This document shows, one piece after another, positions 36,711-44,771 of a stretch of 64,000 nt of DNA (positions within the stretch are counted from its first letter, which is position 1; each line of letters begins with the position of its first letter). The DNA is from an uncultured Nitrososphaerota archaeon (lineage in GTDB: Archaea; Thermoproteota; Nitrososphaeria; Nitrososphaerales; Gagatemarchaeaceae): the NCBI GenBank assembly GCA_963838925.1, contig CAWISW010000002.1:64001-128000 (forward strand), read 5' to 3'. Below the pieces are notes generated by a model, which saw only the letters and a program-made list of their open reading frames with translations, searched no databases and was not told where the DNA came from. The position numbers were made by a program, and so were the translations under genes.

Positions 36711-38138
36711 CTACTCCGACCGGAACATGTGCCTGTAGTCGCTCTCCTTCTTTCCGAGCTCAGGCACTGCGGTCATCGCGGAGGCGACCGCGTACTTTTG
36801 CCCGAAGAACTGGAGAGCCGCCTGCAGCTCGGGGTGGTCCTTGGCGTAGTCGTCGACAGGGATCTTCTTCATGTAGGCATCCACTGCCTGTCTCGCAGCG
36901 GTGGCGCCCGCCTTTGTCCCCCATGGGTGCCCGTGTACGCTCCCGCCGTTCTGGAGCGAGATGTCGAGCCCCATCAGGTCGAGCGAGTAGTGGTAGTTCT
37001 GCGGAGTGAGGCCGCCTGAAGAGACGCCAAACATCGGCTTGATGTGCTCCATCGGCCCCTGGATCGCGTCCATCACCTCTGGGATCTCTACGAACTTTAT
37101 CGCGTCTCCCAGCTTCCCTCTCGCAGTGCCTACGTGGATCAAGTCTCCGCCAGCTACCCTGCTAAGCCCCGCGATCACCTTGAAGCTGATCCCGTGCCTC
37201 GGGTGGCGCGTGAGCGCCGCGTGCGACGCCCTGTGGAGGTGGATTGGGACGTTAATGCTCGGGTCCTCCGCGAGCACCCTCAGCGAGGGATACCAGCTGC
37301 ACATGATGTTGAGCATCAGGCCCCTTGCGCCGTGCGCGATCATCTTGTCCGCTACCTCGAGGGTCCTCTCGGAGTCGACCGTGACCTCAGGCGCGTACAT
37401 GTAGTCGCCCTCAGGGTGGGCGCCCTCCGACTTGGCCTTGTCGAGAGCCTCGTAGACCTTCGCGACGCGGTCTAGGAGGGGGGAGCACCACTGGTTGTGG
37501 TACGTCTCGTCGTCCTTGAACGTGTCAACGCCTCCCAACGCGGCGTCGTAGAACTGCTGAGCGGCTCCCTGGTCGGTGACGCCCATCTTCGGCTTGATCG
37601 TGATGCCGACGTGAGGCCGTCTGCTCTTCTTGGTGCCGACTATGTCCCTCAGCCCTTCGACGCCGAACTTCGGCCCCTTGAAGAGCTTCAGGACGTCCTT
37701 TGGCAGCGTGAAATCTATCCATTTGCAGTTCGGAATCGGAGTGAACCCCATCCAGTTCCCAGTGACGAAGGTGAACAGGTCGGGGATCCCCCTGTTGTCC
37801 ATGTCCAGAAGGTAGGTCGGGAAGGCCACCTTGACCCACCCCGAGTGCTTCATAGAGCCTGAGGGGTCTTCATACTTCCACGAGTAGAGCTTTGCGGCGG
37901 TCTTGGTAGAGAGGTCGGTTGCCGTGGAGACATCGGTGAAAGTCCCGACCGACTGCTCTGCAGCGATGATGACTCCCGCCTGGTCGATCGTGACCCTCGG
38001 GTCGCACGTGATGAAGAAAGTCGCCAGGACGTTCTTGTCGACGTCGACCTTCTCGGGAGTGGTGGAGAACAGGTCCCCCCTGTCGTGCTCGACGCTTGGG
38101 GCGCTCCATCTCTTCTCAGTCATCGCTTCTGTTGTCAT
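36711..38138 (-). CDS. rbcL: RuBisCO large subunit, form III-type
   Basis: AEQSVGT, GN, IKPK, DTFKDDE, HLHRASH, IHVGT..GKL, SSGG, GGSVHGHP: all canonical carboxylase active-site residues. No small subunit gene in the window. Confidence 0.93.
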   Translation of the reverse strand: MTTEAMTEKRWSAPSVEHDRGDLFSTTPEKVDVDKNVLATFFITCDPRVTIDQAGVIIAAEQSVGTFTDVSTATDLSTKTAAKLYSWKYEDPSGSMKHSGWVKVAFPTYLLDMDNRGIPDLFTFVTGNWMGFTPIPNCKWIDFTLPKDVLKLFKGPKFGVEGLRDIVGTKKSRRPHVGITIKPKMGVTDQGAAQQFYDAALGGVDTFKDDETYHNQWCSPLLDRVAKVYEALDKAKSEGAHPEGDYMYAPEVTVDSERTLEVADKMIAHGARGLMLNIMCSWYPSLRVLAEDPSINVPIHLHRASHAALTRHPRHGISFKVIAGLSRVAGGDLIHVGTARGKLGDAIKFVEIPEVMDAIQGPMEHIKPMFGVSSGGLTPQNYHYSLDLMGLDISLQNGGSVHGHPWGTKAGATAARQAVDAYMKKIPVDDYAKDHPELQAALQFFGQKYAVASAMTAVPELGKKESDYRHMFRSE

Positions 38139-38334
38139 GTGAACGAATTTTTTGGCGCCTCGGAGGTTATTTATGTTTTATCCGTTGCGTGGCGATTCGT
38201 AAGACGGTCTCGACGACAGGAGTCGAATCCTCGGAGGCCGTCCTCGAATTTGTCAACGAATTTTGGGCCGCGGTCCTCTCTAGGCATGATTCCGCCTTCG
38301 TTAAGCTTAAAACGGGGCCGCATTTTGGCGCCTC

Positions 38335-39381
38335 GTGGCTTCGGGCTTGGCGAGTCTTTCGTCGGACGGCTTGACCGGACTCCTCAAGAAATTCCAAGGA
38401 AAGCGGCTACTCGTCGTCGGTGATTTTCTGGTCAGCAGGTTTGTCGAGGTCTCAGCGAGGAAGCTAGCCCGCGAGGCGCCCGTTCCCGCAGGCGACTACG
38501 TGGGAGAGACGCTCCTCCCCGGCGGAGCCGCGAACCTCGCCAACGAGGTGGCATCCCTGGGCGGGTCGGTCTCTGTGATAGGGGCGGTGGGCGAAGACAA
38601 CTACGGGGTCTGGCTGAAGGAGGACCTCGCGAGGAACGGCGTCGGCACCGACGGGATAGTGGTCGACAAGACGAGACCAACCTCGCTCAGGACGTGGATC
38701 ATGGTAAACCGCCTGCACTACCTTCGCATAGACCAGGAGGTAAGGAAGGAGGTGCAGCTGTCGATCACAAAGTCCTTCGCTGCCTCCGCCGAGGCAAAGA
38801 TCCCAAACGTCGACACAGTGGTGTTCTCAGACTACGACAGGGGCGTGGTCACATCCTCGCTCATAAGCTCGGTCGTGGCCGCGGCTAGGAAGGCCGGCAA
38901 GATAGTCGTCGCTCAGCCCAAGGACAGGCACTACATGGACTTCAACGGGGTGACCTACGTGAAATCGAACCTGGGGGAAGCCACGCACGCGACCCAGATG
39001 GCGATGGTCAACGAGACCAGCCTGAGGAACATGGGTGTAAACCTTATGGGAAGGCTCGACTGCAAGGGGATCGTGATCACCCGCGGAGAAGAGGGCATGA
39101 CGGTCTTCGATCGCGAGCAGATAACCAGCTTCCCCCTCGCCTTCGGAAGGAAGAGCTTCTTCAACAAGGTCGGTGTGAGAGACGTCATGACGGGCGTGTT
39201 CTCCCTCGCGGTCGCAGCAGGCGGCTCGATAACCGAGGCGGCGTGCCTGAGCAACATCGCAGGGACCGTGAGGAGCGAGAAGCCGAGGACGTCCACTTTG
39301 ACGATCCAGGACCTGGAGAAGCGGTTGGGGTCGATGGACGACTTCCTGAACCGCATCTCCCAGATGCCGGTGAGGCGTTAA
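38335..39381 (+). CDS. PfkB-family sugar-phosphate kinase, HldE/RfaE kinase-domain-like
   Basis: LLVVGD, REAPVP, PGGAANLA, GAVGED, LRIDQE, FSDYDRG, ITRGEEG. The anion-hole motif is divergent (VGVRD instead of GAGD). Confidence 0.8.
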   Translation: MASGLASLSSDGLTGLLKKFQGKRLLVVGDFLVSRFVEVSARKLAREAPVPAGDYVGETLLPGGAANLANEVASLGGSVSVIGAVGEDNYGVWLKEDLARNGVGTDGIVVDKTRPTSLRTWIMVNRLHYLRIDQEVRKEVQLSITKSFAASAEAKIPNVDTVVFSDYDRGVVTSSLISSVVAAARKAGKIVVAQPKDRHYMDFNGVTYVKSNLGEATHATQMAMVNETSLRNMGVNLMGRLDCKGIVITRGEEGMTVFDREQITSFPLAFGRKSFFNKVGVRDVMTGVFSLAVAAGGSITEAACLSNIAGTVRSEKPRTSTLTIQDLEKRLGSMDDFLNRISQMPVRR

Positions 39382-39384
39382 GAT

Positions 39385-40209
39385 ATGGGCATGGCAACTT
39401 CGCAGGAGATAACGAGGCTGCAGGACATCTCGAGGAACACCAGGAAGATCATCCTCGAGACGCTGGCTGAGGCCGGGTCGGGCCACCCCGGAGGCTCGCT
39501 ATCAGCGGTCGAGCTCCTCGTCACGCTCTACTTCTACAAGCTGAGGCACGACCCCAAGAACCCGAAGTGGGCTGACAGGGACCGCTTCATTCTCAGCAAG
39601 GGGCACGGCGCCCCGCTGCTCTACTCGATCCTCGCCCAGTCCGGATACTTCCCGTTGTCAGAGCTAAAGTCCCTGAGGAAGCTTGGCGCGCTCCTCCAGG
39701 GCCACCCTGACATGGACATACCCGGCGTCGAGATGCCGGCGGGCTCGGAGGGCATCGGACTCTCGGTCGGCGTAGGCCAGGCTCTCGCCGCGAGGCTCGA
39801 CGGAAGGCCCACCAGGACGTACGTCCTGATGGGGGACGGAGAGCAAGGGGAGGGCGAGGTCTGGGAGGCTGCGATGTCGGCGTCCAAGTTCAAGCTAGAC
39901 AACCTCGTCGGCATGATCGACAGGAACGGAATCCAGCAGGACGGGCTCACCGAGCAGATCATGCCGCTCGAGCCGCTCGCAGCCAAGTGGCGCGCCTTCA
40001 ACTGGAACGTCATCGAGGTTGACGGCTACGACTACCTCCAGCTGATCGAGGCCTTCGACACGGCAGAGATGACGAAGAACAGGCCCACCATGATAATCGC
40101 CCACACCGTCAAGGGCAAGGGCATCTCCTTCATGGAGTGGTCACCGATGTATCACGGCACCGCTCCCACGAAGGAGAAGATGGAAGACATCTACAAGGAG
40201 CTAAAGTAG
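39385..40209 (+). CDS. Transketolase, N-terminal (TPP-binding) subunit
   Basis: SGHPGGSLS, RDRFILSKGH, LQGHP, GDGE..EG..WEA, DRN, TVKGKG. Confidence 0.95.
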   Translation: MGMATSQEITRLQDISRNTRKIILETLAEAGSGHPGGSLSAVELLVTLYFYKLRHDPKNPKWADRDRFILSKGHGAPLLYSILAQSGYFPLSELKSLRKLGALLQGHPDMDIPGVEMPAGSEGIGLSVGVGQALAARLDGRPTRTYVLMGDGEQGEGEVWEAAMSASKFKLDNLVGMIDRNGIQQDGLTEQIMPLEPLAAKWRAFNWNVIEVDGYDYLQLIEAFDTAEMTKNRPTMIIAHTVKGKGISFMEWSPMYHGTAPTKEKMEDIYKELK

Positions 40210-40215
40210 GAAGGG

Positions 40216-40944
40216 ATGATGGTGGAGAAGACGATGCCGCTCGCGGAAATCAAGAGAAAGATCAAGATCGCCCCATCGATACTCGGCGGGGACCAGGCAA
40301 ACTTCGCGGCGGGGCTCGACATCGCGGTGAAGGGAGGGGCGGACCAGGTCCACCTCGACGTCATCGACGGCCACTTCGCCCCAAACATCACGTTCGGCCC
40401 GGGGACGGTGAAGGCCCTGAGGAAGAGGACCGACATGAAGTTCGACACCCACCTGATGATAGACGAGCCCGAGAAGTTCGTCGACAAGTTCCTGGACGCA
40501 GGGTCAGACCTGTTCTGCTTCCACGCAGAAGCGCTTACGGGGGAGCGCTTCGACGCCCTCTACTCGAAAATCCACGCGCAAGGTAAGGTGATAGGGCTGG
40601 CCTTGAAGCCCGCCACCGAGATGCCCGCGTGGGTGGAGCAGAGGCTGGACAAGCTCGACACCCTGTGCGTCATGACGGTGAACCCCGGATTCAGCGGTCA
40701 GACGATGATCATGTCGGTCATGCCCAAGCTGGAGAAGATCACGCAGATGCTAAACGACAAGGGTCTACCGATAGACATCGAGATCGACGGCGGAGTGGAG
40801 CTCGAGACGTTGGAGCACGTAGTCCGCCGTGGGGGCAACGTCCTTGTGGCGGGCGCTGGCGTGTACTACAAGCCCGACCCGATCAAAGCGGTCGGGATAC
40901 TCCGCGAGAGGGCAAAGCAGGCGGTAGCAGCGGGGGCAGCTTGA
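40216..40944 (+). CDS. rpe: Ribulose-phosphate 3-epimerase
   Basis: IAPSIL, HLDVIDGHFAPNITFG, DTHLM, MTVNPGFSGQ, IEIDGGV, LVAG. Confidence 0.96.
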   Translation: MMVEKTMPLAEIKRKIKIAPSILGGDQANFAAGLDIAVKGGADQVHLDVIDGHFAPNITFGPGTVKALRKRTDMKFDTHLMIDEPEKFVDKFLDAGSDLFCFHAEALTGERFDALYSKIHAQGKVIGLALKPATEMPAWVEQRLDKLDTLCVMTVNPGFSGQTMIMSVMPKLEKITQMLNDKGLPIDIEIDGGVELETLEHVVRRGGNVLVAGAGVYYKPDPIKAVGILRERAKQAVAAGAA

Positions 40945-40945
40945 G

Positions 40946-41905
40946 ATGCTAGAGAAAATGGGTGCAATGCGGACTGCCTACGGCGAGGCTCTCGTCGAGC
41001 TCGGCGCGAGCAACCCGCGCATCGTGGTCCTCGGCGCCGACACCACAGAATCAATGAAGTCGGGCATGTTCGGGGCCAAGTATCCTGACCGGTTCTTCAA
41101 CCTCGGAATAGCCGAGCAGAACCTCGTGGGGGTCTCCGCTGGGCTCGCCTTCGGGGGAAAGATCGCTTACGCAGGCACTTACGCCATCTTCGTCCCCGGA
41201 AAGTGCGTCGACCAGATACGCAACATGCTCTGCTACGCCGACCTGGACGTCAAGATAGTATGCTCACACGCTGGAATCACAGTCGGGCCTGACGGGGGCT
41301 CGCACGAGCAGGTCGAGGACATCGCGCTCATGCGGTGCGTGCCTCACATGAGGGTCGTCGTTCCCGCAGACGCCGTCGCGGTCAAGGGCATAGTCAAGGC
41401 CATCGCAGACATCCCGGGCCCCTTCTACGTCAGGATAACGAGGGGAGTCGTCAAGGGCTCCAACACCCCCATCGTCTACGAGAACGGCTTCGAGTACAAG
41501 CTCGGCAAGGCCAACGTGATCCGCGAAGGCAACGACGTCACGCTATTCGGGTGCGGGATAATGCTCCCGGAGGCGCTGAGGGCGGCGGAGTCCCTCGCCA
41601 CGAAGGGAGTCCAAGCCAGCGTCATCGACATCCACACCGTGAAGCCGATCGACGCGGAGACGATAATCAAGTACGCGAAGAAGACCGGCTGCGCCGTCAG
41701 CGCGGAGGAGCACAACGTGATGGGAGGGATGGGCTCAGCCGTCGCCGAGGTGCTGAGCGACCAATACCCGATACCGCTCAAGCGGGTTGGGGTCATGGAC
41801 ACGTTCGGCGAGAGCGGAGAGGCGCAGGAGCTCCTCAACAAGTACGGCCTGACCTCCGCCCACATCGAGGAAGCGGCGCGCCAAGCCATCGCGATGAAAC
41901 GATAG
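40946..41905 (+). CDS. Transketolase, C-terminal subunit
   Basis: GIAEQN, DQIRN, GPDGGSH, TVKPID, EEH...GG.GSAV. Confidence 0.95.
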   Translation: MLEKMGAMRTAYGEALVELGASNPRIVVLGADTTESMKSGMFGAKYPDRFFNLGIAEQNLVGVSAGLAFGGKIAYAGTYAIFVPGKCVDQIRNMLCYADLDVKIVCSHAGITVGPDGGSHEQVEDIALMRCVPHMRVVVPADAVAVKGIVKAIADIPGPFYVRITRGVVKGSNTPIVYENGFEYKLGKANVIREGNDVTLFGCGIMLPEALRAAESLATKGVQASVIDIHTVKPIDAETIIKYAKKTGCAVSAEEHNVMGGMGSAVAEVLSDQYPIPLKRVGVMDTFGESGEAQELLNKYGLTSAHIEEAARQAIAMKR

Positions 41906-41930
41906 CTTTATTAGAAAAATCTCGGGAAGC

Positions 41931-42614
41931 GTGCTCGAATTGAAGTTCTATCTTGATACCGCGAACCTAGCTTCAATCAAGAAGTACCACTCGATGGGGC
42001 TGGTCGACGGAATCACCACGAATCCCTCGCTGATCGTGAAGGAGGGCGGGGACTTCGAACAGACCATCAAGGCCATCGCCAAGGAGGTCTATCCGCATCC
42101 GGTGAGCGCCGAAGTCATCGCCACCGACTACGAAGGGATGGTGGCGGAAGGAAAGCGCAACAAAGCCTGGGCAGAGAACGTGGTCGTCAAGATTCCCATG
42201 ATACCCGAGGGAATGAGAGCGACGAAGACCCTCAGCTCGATGGGGATACCAATCAACGTCACGCTGATCTTCTCGGCCGTCCAGGGACTGATCGCGATGA
42301 AGGCAGGAGCGTCGTACATCAGTCCGTTCATCGGCCGCCTGGACGACATCGGCCAAGACGGAATGGGCCTCATCAAGGACCTGGTCGAGATAAGGAACAA
42401 CCAGAACTACAAGTTCAAGACTGAGATACTGGTGGCGAGCATCAGGCACCCCATCCACGTGCTACAGGCCGCGAAGCTCGGCGCCGACATCGGCACGATG
42501 CCCGCCGAAGTCATGGAGAAGATGTTCTCGCATCCTCTCACCGACAGCGGGTTGAAGCGCTTCCTCGACGACTGGAACAAGGCGAAGAAGGAAAAGCCCT
42601 CGCTGACCGTCTGA
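41931..42614 (+). CDS. tal: Transaldolase (short TalC/FSA-type family)
   Basis: DTA, GITTNPSL, Schiff-base VKIP, NVTLIFS, SPFIGRLDD. Glu (SAEV) and Phe (SPF) occupy the positions that distinguish transaldolase from F6P aldolase. Confidence 0.9.
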   Translation: MLELKFYLDTANLASIKKYHSMGLVDGITTNPSLIVKEGGDFEQTIKAIAKEVYPHPVSAEVIATDYEGMVAEGKRNKAWAENVVVKIPMIPEGMRATKTLSSMGIPINVTLIFSAVQGLIAMKAGASYISPFIGRLDDIGQDGMGLIKDLVEIRNNQNYKFKTEILVASIRHPIHVLQAAKLGADIGTMPAEVMEKMFSHPLTDSGLKRFLDDWNKAKKEKPSLTV

Positions 42615-42700
42615 CAGACAATTCTGGACGACGATGTCGTCAGGTACGCAGCCCTAGCCTTCGTCCCTATTCGGTCCCTTGACAATGCCGAGGTCGAAGG

Positions 42701-43459
42701 TCACGGCGCGGCGGCGTCCGCACTAGAAGATCGCAAGTTTCCCGCGAGATAGACCGCCACGTAGATCGACGACAGGATCACGAGCGAGGAGAAGAGAGCT
42801 CTGTGCGAATAGTCGAACGATGACGTGAAAATGTACACGCTCTTGTATCCCACGTATTCGAGGAAGACGAATCTCAACCCAAATCCTAAGGTGCTGGCTA
42901 GGAGGAATACGTCTGCTTTCATCTTCAGCGTACCGGCCGCGAGGGAACTGACGCTATAGAAGAACGGGATGAAAGTGGATATGAAGATTGAGAAGTGGCC
43001 GTGCTCGGCTATCCATCCGTCTGACTGTTGGATGTCATTTTCAGAAATGTGGACGTAGCGCAGCCCTTTCAAGAGCAGCGGTCTGGGGACAAGCCTGCCC
43101 GCCGCGTACTCTATCGGAAATAGGGCGGCCGCCAGGCACACAAGAAACGTCGTATAGGGATTGAATATCCCTGTCGCCGACAGAAAGCCATAGGCCGGAA
43201 CGAGGACGTAATCGGGGACTGGCGAGATCCAGATGCTCATGAACATGCCCAGGTACCCTGCTATCGAAAATGGCCACGGCAGGCTCTCCTGGTTGAGACT
43301 ATAGGACGACACATTGACAAAATTGAAATCTGCGTTCAGCAACGCCAAGACGCTCACCGATAGTGCGAGGATCGAAGTTACGAAGAGATAGTGCCGGTAT
43401 TTGCCCCACCGTGCGAGCCCGTCCAGTCCTGACCCAATGGCGGCATTCGAAATCGGCAC
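42701..43459 (-). CDS. DedA/VTT-family membrane protein
   Basis: SPVPDYVLVPAYG, W...HG..SIF.STFIP....SSL.AG..KM. Confidence 0.75.
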   Translation of the reverse strand: MPISNAAIGSGLDGLARWGKYRHYLFVTSILALSVSVLALLNADFNFVNVSSYSLNQESLPWPFSIAGYLGMFMSIWISPVPDYVLVPAYGFLSATGIFNPYTTFLVCLAAALFPIEYAAGRLVPRPLLLKGLRYVHISENDIQQSDGWIAEHGHFSIFISTFIPFFYSVSSLAAGTLKMKADVFLLASTLGFGLRFVFLEYVGYKSVYIFTSSFDYSHRALFSSLVILSSIYVAVYLAGNLRSSSADAAAP

Positions 43460-43545
43460 GAATGGATTCCCATCGGAATTCTACCGCGGCGCATTTAGCC
43501 TTTGAAGGGCTCCCCGAACCCGCGCCGTGCGATTCCGCGCTCGGA

Positions 43546-44016
43546 CTATTTCGAGATGACGCTCTTGACGTCTGCGAGGTAGAGGCTGAGCCTGCTGACC
43601 TCGTACCTCAGCATCTCAAGGTCCATTGTGCTGTAGTAGTTCTGGTTGTTCCTCACGTAGCTCGAGATGGCCCCGTATCTGTCGTAGAAGTGCTTCGGGG
43701 CAAGCTCGGGCCACCTCGACTCTATCTCCCTCAGCGCGAGCCTCCTGTCGTAGCTCCCCTTTGGGACCTTGTGCAGCAGGTGCTCTACCAGGATGTCTGT
43801 CACCTGTGATAGCACTATCCATGACTTCTCGGCCGCCTCCCTGAACTGGAGGACGCCGCCGGGGCCGCCCCTAGCGTAAGTGAAAGTCCTACCCTCGTAG
43901 GATGTGTTCTCCGCCGCCTTCAGCAAGGCCGGGAGCTCGCTCATGAGCTTCTCGGAGTTCTTCCAAAGCTCCGGCATACTCACGGCGTAGTTCTGAGTGT
44001 TTAGCTTCTTGCTCAC
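43546..44016 (-). CDS. Hypothetical helical protein
   Basis: Coding-like ORF. GTG 44016 lies about 25 bp from a TATA-like box; the track start is 44112. Confidence 0.55.
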   Translation of the reverse strand: MSKKLNTQNYAVSMPELWKNSEKLMSELPALLKAAENTSYEGRTFTYARGGPGGVLQFREAAEKSWIVLSQVTDILVEHLLHKVPKGSYDRRLALREIESRWPELAPKHFYDRYGAISSYVRNNQNYYSTMDLEMLRYEVSRLSLYLADVKSVISK

Positions 44017-44146
44017 GAGAAACCTCGGTCCTTTGACGACATTTAAGAATATTGCGACGAACGAAAGGCCGCCCCGCCGACGGCTGACGAAAGGGCCGAC
44101 CGCCGCTAGCATTTAAAGCGCCAAGCCTCGGGAAGGGCGCGAAGAA

Positions 44147-44758
44147 ATGCAGACGCCGACAGGTGCGCAAGGCAAGCCAGTCGCCGACTCCATCCCGAGG
44201 TTCCTTTCGTCCCTGGGCGGGCTCCACGTCGAAGCGCGCGTCGTCAGGAACGGGCAGGAGACGACCGAGGCCCTGCGAGGGATCCTCTCGAAATCGGGCT
44301 GCAAGTCGGTCGTCGTGGCGGGGATTCCAGCCCGCTACTCGGCGGCCGTGAAGGCCGCCCTCGCCGGGGTCAAGGCCTATTTCGTGGACGACCTCCAGAA
44401 GCTCCCACAGAACGAGGCCGTCGGGGTCCTCGCGGCCGCCGACGCCGGGATCACGTGGGCGGTGAACGGAGTCGCCCTCGAAGGCGCGATGCTGGAGGTG
44501 GTCTATGACGACGCCGCGAAGCTGGCCTCCTCTCTCCCAATCGTCCACATCGCGCTACTCGAGTCCTCGAGCGTTCTGCCCGCCCTCGTGGACGCAATGC
44601 CACTCGTCGGGGGCATAGTAAGGGACGCGCCTCCGGGCCGGAAGCCGATCATCTCATTCATCTCCGGCCCGAGCAAGACGGGGGACATCGAGATGAGGCT
44701 GCTGTACGGCGTCCACGGCCCGCACACGGTCCACGCGGTCGTCCTCGACTGGCATTGA
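44147..44758 (+). CDS. lutC: LutC/YkgG (LUD domain) protein
   Basis: SSLP.VHIA, FISGPSKTGDIEM.L.YGVHGP. Confidence 0.88.
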   Translation: MQTPTGAQGKPVADSIPRFLSSLGGLHVEARVVRNGQETTEALRGILSKSGCKSVVVAGIPARYSAAVKAALAGVKAYFVDDLQKLPQNEAVGVLAAADAGITWAVNGVALEGAMLEVVYDDAAKLASSLPIVHIALLESSSVLPALVDAMPLVGGIVRDAPPGRKPIISFISGPSKTGDIEMRLLYGVHGPHTVHAVVLDWH

Positions 44759-44771
44759 ATGGAGATCACCG

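Noticed and set aside
36711-38138. RuBisCO-like protein (form IV) for methionine salvage
   Set aside because: All carboxylase residues are present, including the equivalents of E60, N123, H294-R295, H327 and K334, and the neighbour is an R15P isomerase.
38335-39381. LPS/ADP-heptose biosynthesis gene hldE
   Set aside because: There is no adenylyltransferase domain and no gmhA/gmhB/hldD in the window. The context is pentose-phosphate metabolism. Not fully excluded without an assay.
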